Source of the DNA: Amoeboradix gromovi X-113 | Taxonomy: Eukaryota > Fungi > Sanchytriomycota | Direction: 5' to 3' | Assembly (NCBI GenBank): GCA_018985225.1 | Contig: JADGIF010000127.1 | Location: 1-18,551 of the forward strand | Length of the DNA stretch: 18,551 bases | In this document: piece after piece, positions 1 through 8,642 of the stretch | Layout of the letters: each line of letters begins with the position of its first letter | Numbering within the stretch: position 1 is the first letter of the stretch | The notes under the pieces: model-generated | The model's input: only the letters and a program-made list of their open reading frames with translations | Told to the model about the DNA's origin: nothing | Databases searched by the model: none | Position numbers and translations under genes: made by a program

Positions 1-74
1 CTGTAACGGAGCATCTAGCATTAGTTTCTCTGTGGAAATTCTCGATTTTCTCGGAAATCAAAAGTTTTAACGAG
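1..74 (+). mobile_element. Right end / putative omegaRNA scaffold of a Fanzor2-like element (second copy, truncated by the window start)
   Basis: At least 66 of 74 bases match the reverse complement of 4633-4709, the 3' end of the Fanzor-like ORF. Similarity ends abruptly after TTTTAACGAG. The same reading frame is open (CNGASSISFSVEILDFLGNQKF*) to TAA at 68-70. Confidence 0.85.
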
Positions 75-512
75 GAGTATGCAAATTCTATTAGCGCAGG
101 AGATGATTACTTTTCAAAGATTATTATTCAAAGGCAAAATAGAAATGAAGAAAACATTTGGGAGTTGAGTTCAAAGGTTCTTTTAATTGCTTTTTCGATT
201 GAAACGCAATTACAATAAATTATTTCCTTGGATCTTTATTGGGCTTGAACGCAAATCTTGTAAATTTTTTTGCAAAGCACTTGAGTCCTGACACAGTTTC
301 TACAAAGTAATCGTAAGAAAATTTTAAACTAAAATGATAATATCAGTTGATGTTGCATATTTTAAAATAAAGACTGGAATGAATAAAACATTGAATAAGA
401 TAGATCATATTAATACTGCTCAATTAGTTCAAATGGTAGAGAATGATTTACCAGAGGAATTGAAGAAAAGTTACAAAAATCCATAGATCTGGGCAGGAAT
501 CAAGTAGCGAAT

Positions 513-975
513 ATGAATGATTTACGATTATTACAGAGAAAAGTTCTCATCAAGGAAGGTGACTTTAAAACTGATATTATATGCAACAAAACCTTGTACT
601 TATCAAAAGAGACATGCGGCAAAGGTAGCTTTGGAATTGTATACCTCGGATACTGGCAATACATAAACATCGCCACAAAGAAAATAAATAGCGCCCATTT
701 CGACAGATGTAAGAGTTTAGTATTAACACTGATTCTATGCAAATTTTAAAAGTAAAGCATTTGAAGTGTTAGAAAAGTGTACATTTATTGTCAAAAATAT
801 GGCGTCACATCCATGAACGTTTGCCTTGGTATCGCGATGGAATATGTTGGGAATAGTTATTTATTTCATGGGATACACCAAGATAGATTATATAGACGTA
901 CTAATGAAGGGTATAGCAAGCAAAACAGCAAGAGTATTGGAATTTATGCATGAAAGGCATATAGCACAATTACAT
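513..975 (+). pseudogene. Degenerate Ser/Thr or TKL-type protein kinase
   Basis: Gly-rich loop GKGSFGIVYLGYW (from 618) and AxKK lysine. After stops and frameshifts come YGVT...GIAMEYV (hinge, ~836) and ARVLEFMHERHIA (~930-966, subdomain VIa). No intact HRDLK or DFG was found. Confidence 0.75.
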
Positions 976-1457
976 TAAAAGTAACAGTCTGACAGCAGAT
1001 TCTATGAGTGTGAATGTGGCAATTTTAATTCTAATAATTGTAGTGAGCAATTAAAATGTTGAGGTATCAGCTGACTGTGTTCTTTCTGAAGACTAGATAT
1101 GCGAGTTTGTATCAAAGGTTGATTGGTAAAGTTGAGCAATAAAAACAACCAACTTATACAAATCAGCGAGGTCCTACTGATATTAAGGTTATCAGAGTTC
1201 AAAATCCAAAGGTTTGCGTCAAGTAAAGAGTTGTTGAAGTAGGGACATTGAAATTACTCTTTCTTATCAGAATTTTTTATTTTCCAAAATTCAATGTCTA
1301 AGATTTGGCTCTAAGGTTACTATTCTTTTAAACATCAGGCCATCTATCATTACTTTGAATGCTACGGATCTTAAATTGAAAATTGAGCATGTCAACCAGG
1401 ACGTAGTAGTTGTTTATTTTAGAAATGCAGCAACAAATGGGATGGTATCACCGTATG

Positions 1458-1539
1458 AAACTTAAGCTTAGTCCCAATCCGGATCTGTGGAATTTCATTA
1501 ATCCGCATGTACTAATCTAACCAACAAAAACACTAATTT
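1458..1539 (+). repeat. Diverged dispersed repeat related to 17408-17484
   Basis: TTAGTCCCAATCCG...ATTAATC...TACTAATCTAACCAACAAAAACACTAATTT aligns with TTAATCCCAGTCTG...ATTAATC...TATTAATTTAGCCAAGAGAAATACTAATTT. The last 36 nt match at 25 positions and most mismatches are transitions. Confidence 0.55.
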
Positions 1540-1670
1540 GAAGCTGTTTTTGTAGTATTTGGGTAGTAAAGTGCCAGAATCTATGTTTCCAAAATCTTTG
1601 TTGCAGATCAAGAAGATTCATTTGAGCGATACAGGAGAGTAGCTAGTTTGTTCAGTTTAGAATAAATTGA

Positions 1671-2510
1671 TTTATTAAGGATGTCGTGCCTGACTCGAAT
1701 TGCACCAACTTTCTTAAATTTGTGAACGCACAAATGAAGGCCTACAGTTCAGATAAGCATCTGGCCAAGTACACGTCCATCGTCAACGTAAGCGGGGTGG
1801 TAAAGTCTGGGCTGCTTGAAGCTGAATGATGTTATGGCGGAGCAGGTTATATCGGAAATGATGGCGTTTTGCTACTACATCTCTGGTGACAGGAAGATCT
1901 TGATGTGCGGGTATGCCTCAGAACCGGCATTGTTCTATGCAGCTGGTATGTTCATACTTGGGAAGGACAGAAGACTGCAGCTCTCCTATGCTATCAGATA
2001 CCTGTCCAACGCTGGATTCTGCTGTCAGTGCTCCAGGGCAGTGGGTCATTCACAGCCCTGTTGATACAGCTCAAGTTTTATGCTCCAAACACACAGGACA
2101 AGGTTGATGAGCATCTGATCAAATGCAATCCGCGGCACAGCAAGATCATAGAAGATCACGAGGAGATCAACATGCCGTACATATCGATCTACATCCAGCC
2201 GGGGCCATGAAAGTCCAGTGGGGTGTATGCCAAGTAGGACTGGAAGTACATGAAGAGGGCACCGACATCCAAGAGCGATGGTGCAGCTAAAAGGTTTGCT
2301 GAGACACAGAAAAAGATAGAGGCGCAAGCCAGCAAATACCAGAGCACTATAGTGTGCATTGAAAGCGGAGGCCAGCTACCCAAAAATGAGCTCAGTGCGG
2401 TGGAGAAGAACATAATCGAGAAACTGAGCAACCATATCATCACATCGATACACCCAGAGGGGTCTTTGCCATACAGATGTCTTACCCGCATCATCTATCC
2501 GGACTTGTAA
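1671..2510 (+). pseudogene. Internally deleted, frameshifted remnant of a Crinkler-related P-loop NTPase (plus REase-type) gene
   Basis: Collinear fragments in different frames: KYTSIVNVSGVVKSGLLE (1767-1820, resembling YxSIVQSSGxGKSRLL), GYASEPALFYAA (from 1909, resembling GYxSEPxLAxAA) and MPYISIYIQ (~2172). The stretch is visibly more GC-rich than its flanks. Family assignment rests on motif recognition only. Confidence 0.5.
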
Positions 2511-2705
2511 ACAAGGCCGAAGCACAAGAGCGAGCAATCAGGGCCTGTCAAAATCAATAAACACTGAATTTCTACCCCTCTTAATTTCTACTTCATGCAG
2601 CGTATTGGTATATACTCAATTTATCTACACAAGGAATTGATAACTCCAAATAATTGGAGAACCTTTCATTTAAGCTAAGCATTAAAATGACATTATTTTT
2701 GAGAT

Positions 2706-3683
2706 TCATTTATTTGTGATCTGCGGCCCGTTGCAAGATTCGCATTCTATGTATTCATATTCAATGTATTGCTTGAAATGTTCTCTAGATGTTTTACTGT
2801 TAAATAATAGTACACAGTTGGCGCCTGCATCAAACGTGTAAGCACATTTTACCTCATCTTTGTTAAATATATGCACTTTGTCAATGATATCAAAACTAGA
2901 GTCATTCAGGTAATGAATTGGAGGGTAGGTATCTAAGCAGCAGGCATGGAAATTCATTGCATCTTTCATTGTAACCAAGGCTAGATTCTCAAAATCATTA
3001 CTATTTATTGCTAACTCCATATCCCTGATGGTCTCGGAAACTTTTCGAAGTCGTTGCTGATATAAAGAGGACGTTTCAACAGTTTTTTCCATCCCTACAG
3101 TAGAAGGCACGAGCTTTTGTTTTTTATCTACGATAATAACCATTCCAAACAGGCGGAATACACCGAGAGGAATTGCACGACAATTTGGGACAGGTAAATC
3201 ATTGATTGATTCCAAATCCGGAGCGTTCATGGACCATTTAACCATGCCACCGAAAACTGATCTGCATGCAGAACCACTGGTCAATCTTGCCAAAATACTA
3301 AGATGGTCTAAAGATAAGTTCAGTCTGTACAATTCATTAAGTGCAATAACTAATGCAGCGCCGCCACTGGCACTACTAGCTAATCCGCTAGCTGTTGGAA
3401 GCTGGTTTGAAGTAGTCACTTTCACCGAAAAAACCGGGTTGTTTTTACTGGCACAGAGATCTTTGAATTTTAATATGCATCTTTTGATTCTTGAATGAGA
3501 CTCCAAGTCTTGAAGGACATTATTAAGGATAAATTCATCAACCTCGCTTTTCTCAACACTAGTAGTTGTGTATATGTTTAATGCCACACTTATGCTTTCA
3601 TTCATTGGTACAATATTATCAATGTCTGATTTACCCCAATATTTAACCAATGCAATATTTGTAGGTGCTATAACTGTAATCAT
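2706..3683 (-). CDS. MVD1: Diphosphomevalonate decarboxylase
   Basis: NIALVKYWGK, PTASGLASSASG (GHMP loop), SGSACRSVFGG, FHACCLDTYPPIHYLND, YTFDAGAN; 325 aa with no introns. Confidence 0.97.
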   Translation of the reverse strand: MITVIAPTNIALVKYWGKSDIDNIVPMNESISVALNIYTTTSVEKSEVDEFILNNVLQDLESHSRIKRCILKFKDLCASKNNPVFSVKVTTSNQLPTASGLASSASGGAALVIALNELYRLNLSLDHLSILARLTSGSACRSVFGGMVKWSMNAPDLESINDLPVPNCRAIPLGVFRLFGMVIIVDKKQKLVPSTVGMEKTVETSSLYQQRLRKVSETIRDMELAINSNDFENLALVTMKDAMNFHACCLDTYPPIHYLNDSSFDIIDKVHIFNKDEVKCAYTFDAGANCVLLFNSKTSREHFKQYIEYEYIECESCNGPQITNK

Positions 3684-4244
3684 TTTAACCTCCTTGCTTT
3701 GGATTTTAAAATTGTGACATACCCTAGAAAACTAGACATATTTGCTTAGCAAAGATCTCGAAAAATTAAGTCTATTATGGTTAATGCCCTCATTGTGTAC
3801 CCTATGCCTTAGGCGAATAACCATTACTACTAACTCCTCTTCTTTCCCAGTCGAATTTGTCCTAATGCTAAGTAGAGATTCTGTGAAGTTCAGAATATTG
3901 TGGCCCGTGATCACATCTTTATCCACGAGTCAATCATATTAAGTGACCTTTTAACTGTACGGGATGGCTGAATGCACCTTACTCACCATCTTTCCGATTG
4001 TCTTGAAGTTATGGTGTTGATTTATGTAATTAGTGATAACAATGAAGACATTGATGCATTTGGCCGTGAAAGATCTTTTGGTTTTATTTCTGCGCCAATA
4101 AAGCTACGAAAAATATGTGCAAAATCATTATCTGGATTATTAATCACTGGATCAGAGGCATCACTACTATGTGGCTCATGAAGCAAAAGTTCTACGCGAA
4201 TTAGAGATATTTGCAACGACTTGAGAATGGTTCTCAGTTTTCGT

Positions 4245-4611
4245 TTGGGACACCAAATATAAAAACTAGACTAACTCGTTTTTAAAGGTGCACCATACGG
4301 AGGAAATCATTAATAAAAGATCTTCTTCTATTATACCAATTTTCTTTCATTGATTGTATTCCTCTTTTCAAAATAAAACTAGAAGACCCTGCATCTTTAC
4401 TTGAAATAAAGATTGGATGAAAGAGTAAGAGAATAGCTGTACAGAACATTTATTTTTGAAATTTCGATACAAAAAGTTATTTATTTTCCTTTTATACTCT
4501 TCAACTAGCTGAATGTCCACTCGCCTCTTAAATCCATAAAATTAATAAAGCTGAAATAATGTTCCAAGTTCTTACAGAAAGTTTGTCCAGTTTTTTTATT
4601 TGATGTCCCAA
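4245..4611. mobile_element. MITE-like non-autonomous DNA transposon (~367 bp) with 32-bp terminal inverted repeats
   Basis: Left TTGGGACACCAAATATAAAAACTAGACTAACT (4245-4276) versus the reverse complement of 4580-4611, TTGGGACATCAAATAAAAAAACTGGACAAACT: 28/32 identical. No coding capacity. A second partial copy lies at 18355-18537. No clear TSD. Confidence 0.8.
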
Positions 4612-4632
4612 TTGGAAATTGTAGTTAGTGTA

Positions 4633-4760
4633 CTCGTTAAAAGTCCTGATTTCTGAGAAAACCGAGAATTTCCACAGAGAAACTAGCAGTCCTAGATGCT
4701 CCGTTACAGTGATTGCTCACACTTGCACTACCCTGAGGCGGAATTGAATAAGGATGCAGA
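4633..4760 (-). ncRNA. Putative Fanzor omegaRNA scaffold overlapping the ORF 3' end (5' boundary approximate)
   Basis: Series of hairpins on the minus strand: GTGA-GCAA-TCAC (GNRA loop), CTAG-gactg-CTAG, TTTCT-ctgt-GGAAA, GGTTTT-ctca-GAAATC and a CTCG...CGAG closing helix. The distal 77 nt are conserved in the copy at 1-74. The position matches TnpB/Fanzor omegaRNAs. Confidence 0.65.
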
Positions 4761-5060
4761 TACTTGATGTATATGTTCCTTGCTGCCATATGGTCTCTAT
4801 ATATCTCCAAATGACACTTTGTACAGCTGTAGCTTTCTAGATTGGTTTTCTTTAGAGTACCACACCTTGTATAAGTTTGACTAGTAAATGATTCACTACA
4901 TTCGATTATCGTCTTTCCTCTTTGTTTACATTTGAATTTCAAGCGTTCCTTGAATGTGTAATGGGGCATTGTAGCCATATATCTTGCGACTTTGCTCGAC
5001 AAGCTACTTATCATTTGGCTAGTATTAAACGATGGTAAGTTATATAAGATCATATGTCTT
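4637..5060 (-). pseudogene. Fanzor2 / IS607-TnpB-like RNA-guided endonuclease, C-terminal fragment (5'-truncated, frameshifted)
   Basis: LPSFNTSQM...ARYMATMPHYTFKERL...ECSESFTSQTYTRCG...YSCTKCHLEIYRDHMAARNI covers the RuvC-II region, shifted Glu, zinc ribbon and RuvC-III. Removing one A near 5041 restores KTYDLIYLPSF. The first Zn Cys is replaced by Tyr. RuvC-I, REC and WED are absent. Confidence 0.88.
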
Positions 5061-5437
5061 TGTATGCTGTACCTGCTAGTTATTTCTTTAGATTTGACAT
5101 ATTCAGGATTACATCTATTTATTCCATTTACCATTTGCGAAAAGGAAGAATATCGAGTATTTAAGCTATTAGAAAAGTCTTGAAATTATACAAAAATAAA
5201 TACAAATTCGCGATAAATGATTTATTCAAGAAAACAATCGAGCTGTCAACTTTGCATAGTTCGTATTCCATATCTTCCACCAGAATACCTTATCGCGATC
5301 AACAATTGCAGAGAACAAGCTACACTAAATGATCATTTGCTTTCACGGCATTACCTCATATTTTTGCCAAAGGGCGAAATGGCTATTATAAGATAACTAT
5401 ATTTAAGTCTCTTCGGTGTAACTAGGATAACATAGAT

Positions 5438-7183
5438 ATGTTCATAGGGTTAGCTCTTTCATTGATATTGCAACTTGAATCTTCCAGGAATAATTCTCAA
5501 GTACAGTTCGATGTTTTAAAATACCTTCATGAGCACGGAGTAAAAGTAAATGTGTTAAATAGAATAACAGATTTGCTAAACATTATGAAAATAGAGGTAG
5601 ACATGGACATCACCTCTCTGTTACCCTCTGTTAATGCAACGACTGTTGACGATCTCAGCTTTTTTCCGTCTGAACAATCTTTTGAGACTATAGAGGTTGG
5701 GTTCTCTAATGCGGTTACACACGACTCTACACTAGTTAGCCATGTCAGGCGCAAACACCATTTAGATGGAGATAAAATATTAATTGGAATTGTTGATAGC
5801 GGAATTGATTCCCAGCACCATGAGATTGTCAACAGAGTTGTCAAGTGTTATGACTATACCTTAGATGGTAATTGTGTCGACTATACTGGTCACGGAACCC
5901 ATGTCGCCGGTGTTGCAGCTGGTGCAAATTTAGGCGTAGCCAGCAAGGCAGTTCTAATTAGTTACAAAGTATTTCGCAGTGGAGGAGCAAGTCTTTTCCA
6001 AGTCTTACTAGCATTAAATCAGTGTCTCATAGACCGAGTGGATATTGTAAACTTGAGTATTGTTTCCCGTGCTAATAGCGGCTTATTAGAAGAAGCGATT
6101 TCTAGATTATATGATAACAACATTATAGTAGTAGCTGCTAATGGAAACACTCCTGTTATGTATAACACAGCTTATCCTGCCTCTAATTCTGTTGCAATAA
6201 GTGTGTCAAGCTCAAACACTGTGTCACTGTTAGATTTGTATTATATAGATGACATTCCATATCTAGGTCCTTTGGATATTCAGTTCGATAAAATATACCA
6301 GCATTCCCGAAGTATCCAAAGTATACCACATAATTGTGCTCTAATGTTAAAAAACGTTCTTCTAAAGACTGCAATTCGTTTAGCAATGCAAGTAAATGCC
6401 AAGTATCTGATCATTTGTGTTGTAAAGTACCCAGCCACACAGCACGCGTATGTGTCTGTTAAAGTAATTTATGTTTTGGAAAACAACTGCTTATCCTTGT
6501 CGAATAAGGACACTTTTTATGTTGTTCCCAACACTTTAAAAATCCAAGTTCCGGTACCAGTCACTGCATCAAGTTTTAACGTCAGGGGTCCTTCGCTTTC
6601 TAATGATTTAAAACCAGAGATATCCGCGCCGGGTAATAATATCATAAGCATCTCACCGAATAACAGATATGCAATGTACAGCGGATCAAGCATGGCAAGC
6701 CCCTACATAGCAGGAGTAGCTGCGTTATACATGCAATTGGCTAAGAGATACAATCTAAATAGCCATTTGTTTAAAATGGTACTAATGAATACAGCAACAC
6801 GAATAAATGGAGCGGGTCCTTCTATCCAAGGGAGCGGATTCGTAAATGCAAAGTATTTGATCGAAACAAGACATGCAGTGACTCCTTATAAGCTCACCAG
6901 TAGGGAGCAGTTGTTCACAATAATGAACTACGGAAGTCAAGATATCATTTATAAAATAAGAATTGAAAGTGATGTAGAAAGCAAACCAAAGAACTACATA
7001 TATGAAAAGACGAAATATAAAATTCATCCCGATATGTTGCACATCAAAAAGAACACAGAAGATCAATTTAGCGTTTTAATAAATGGAAATCAAGGCCAAT
7101 TTTTTGGAGGATTCATAATTATAGAACCCTCAAAAGCAGGTGACGAGTACCCAGAACTTTCTATACCATTCATGATACAGTAA
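5438..7183 (+). CDS. Secreted subtilisin-like serine protease (S8), with PA-like insertion and Fn3-like C-terminus
   Basis: Hydrophobic N-terminus; triad motifs IGIVDSGID, HGTHVAG, SGSSMASPYIAG; oxyanion AANGN; LKPEISAPG; QGSGFVNA. Confidence 0.93.
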   Translation: MFIGLALSLILQLESSRNNSQVQFDVLKYLHEHGVKVNVLNRITDLLNIMKIEVDMDITSLLPSVNATTVDDLSFFPSEQSFETIEVGFSNAVTHDSTLVSHVRRKHHLDGDKILIGIVDSGIDSQHHEIVNRVVKCYDYTLDGNCVDYTGHGTHVAGVAAGANLGVASKAVLISYKVFRSGGASLFQVLLALNQCLIDRVDIVNLSIVSRANSGLLEEAISRLYDNNIIVVAANGNTPVMYNTAYPASNSVAISVSSSNTVSLLDLYYIDDIPYLGPLDIQFDKIYQHSRSIQSIPHNCALMLKNVLLKTAIRLAMQVNAKYLIICVVKYPATQHAYVSVKVIYVLENNCLSLSNKDTFYVVPNTLKIQVPVPVTASSFNVRGPSLSNDLKPEISAPGNNIISISPNNRYAMYSGSSMASPYIAGVAALYMQLAKRYNLNSHLFKMVLMNTATRINGAGPSIQGSGFVNAKYLIETRHAVTPYKLTSREQLFTIMNYGSQDIIYKIRIESDVESKPKNYIYEKTKYKIHPDMLHIKKNTEDQFSVLINGNQGQFFGGFIIIEPSKAGDEYPELSIPFMIQ

Positions 7184-7189
7184 ATATAT

Positions 7190-7606
7190 TTACTGTTTCT
7201 TCAGCACCTTGCGAAGCCCAGGTATAAATCTGTATTTTTCAAAATATGCTGTAATTAGTTTGTGGTAGTGCGTCTTCGAGCCAGTCTTGAGATAATCGTA
7301 AATCAGCATAACTGCGGTTTCCTCTATTTGGCCGTCTTTGATTAGCGTGCCAAGTTCTTTAAGATCCGGTTCGTTTTTAATTAGTTCTAAGATTTCAGCT
7401 TTTTCTTCCTCTGTAATATTATTCTTGTCTCTATGTTTTATCACGGCAATTGGAGCATCATTCCATCCTTTTGATGATGCATTGACTTGAAAGTTATCAG
7501 ACATTTTGCGACAGGGTTTGCGAAAATAGGCGTACAGGTCGGAGATGCTCCGAAATTGTCTCGTAATTGCTAACTCAAGTTCTTTCCTGCTTACCTGGTC
7601 TTTCAT
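7190..7606 (-). CDS. Hypothetical protein (138 aa), possibly the surviving 3' part of a longer decayed gene
   Basis: Charged, helical-looking composition. It ends 6 bp from the subtilisin stop, like other convergent pairs here. The upstream in-frame sequence has four stops in ~190 nt. No recognisable domain. Confidence 0.45.
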   Translation of the reverse strand: MKDQVSRKELELAITRQFRSISDLYAYFRKPCRKMSDNFQVNASSKGWNDAPIAVIKHRDKNNITEEEKAEILELIKNEPDLKELGTLIKDGQIEETAVMLIYDYLKTGSKTHYHKLITAYFEKYRFIPGLRKVLKKQ

Positions 7607-8642
7607 GTGTATTCAAATAACTGCTCATATCGCTTTGTATGTTGACACCAATATAGCCATCCTTATAAAGACTTGGTACAGGTTTACACCCTCAAGTCGT
7701 TGATCCGCTTCAGTTAGATACCGCTAGAGGTCTAATGAAATGATTCTTTAAGACATCTTCCCGGCAAGTGATTTAATCTCTTCTTTCCAGTCTATTAAAT
7801 AAACGAGCTTCAATTAGCTCTTTCGAACCTCGCAGGTGCCTGCGGATCATAGTTACCATTTAATCAATTTGTCTCACATCTCAAGACTTATTAAAAAACT
7901 TAAACCAATTTCAAGAATAAGATAGCTAAGATCATGTTCAAATCAGGAATTAACAAGCAAAACTCTACTAATTAAGAATTAGTTTGCGATAAGCAGGTTG
8001 GCACACTGCCAAATGTTTTTGCCTCCAGGGCCTGGAGTTTACATATTTTATGGCCTCTATTGTGGAGAGGAATCCATTCAGTTGAATTTCAACGTCTCTT
8101 TAGATTATGATCTGGTTACATCAAAAAATTGGATAAACGAGAGCAGGCGTTAGCTAGGATTAGATCGCAGGGCCATGCAAAAGACCTCAAAAGCAGAACA
8201 TTATAAAGAATGGAATGGAGATGAAATAACTAGATCTATAAACTTGCCGAAAATTGGGATACAGCTTGCAGTAGGACGAGGTCTTGAAATCACTAAGAGT
8301 ACTTCCGTTCACAAAGCAATAGTTTATACGCACTGATATGATGATATCTTGAATTGTAATCAAGGCTAGCCCCTTAATATCTGAGGCTGTAAAATCAGAG
8401 TTTGTATAATTTATGCCATGATCTGTCCTGCAATGACTTGCCTCAAATTTGATCATGCCAATAACAATATCAGGCCAGTGATTCGGATGTTCTGCATGTA
8501 GTTATGGCGACCATAGCGGCGGAAATCGAAACAAATCTTCTAGGTAAGAATATCTTTAAAAGGGTCCAATGCAAGTTCTTTAAACCGAAGAACTGTGAAA
8601 TATCACATTAATTGGAAGGCGGAGAAGTATACAAAACATAAA

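Noticed and set aside
418-444. tRNA-like 5' half (TAGTTCAAATGGTAGAGAAT, A-box/D-arm-like)
   Set aside because: No anticodon stem, T-loop or 3' acceptor strand follows.
3732-4216. Cluster of 64-69 aa ORFs upstream of MVD1
   Set aside because: Non-ATG or overlapping starts and no recognisable domain; cannot be supported as genes.
5061-5134. N-terminal residues of the 165-aa ORF as part of the Fanzor protein; also searched upstream for a left end or serine recombinase
   Set aside because: Homology shifts frame near 5041 and is lost by ~5065. No recognisable RuvC-I, recombinase or left end upstream.
7607-7800. Alternative genetic code (TAA/TAG read as Gln) to explain in-frame stops
   Set aside because: Conserved genes end at TAA, TAG or TGA at the expected positions and contain no internal stops.
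7929-7942. 14-mer AGATCATGTTCAAA also at 15023-15036
   Set aside because: No extension in the flanks; plausible by chance in AT-rich 18.5 kb.
8504-8562. Possible 19-nt GT-AG intron (8544-8562) joining ATG 8504 in frame to MRPL22
   Set aside because: It would add an acidic N-terminus unlike a mitochondrial presequence, and ATG 8643 fits better. No other introns are seen. RNA-seq would settle it.
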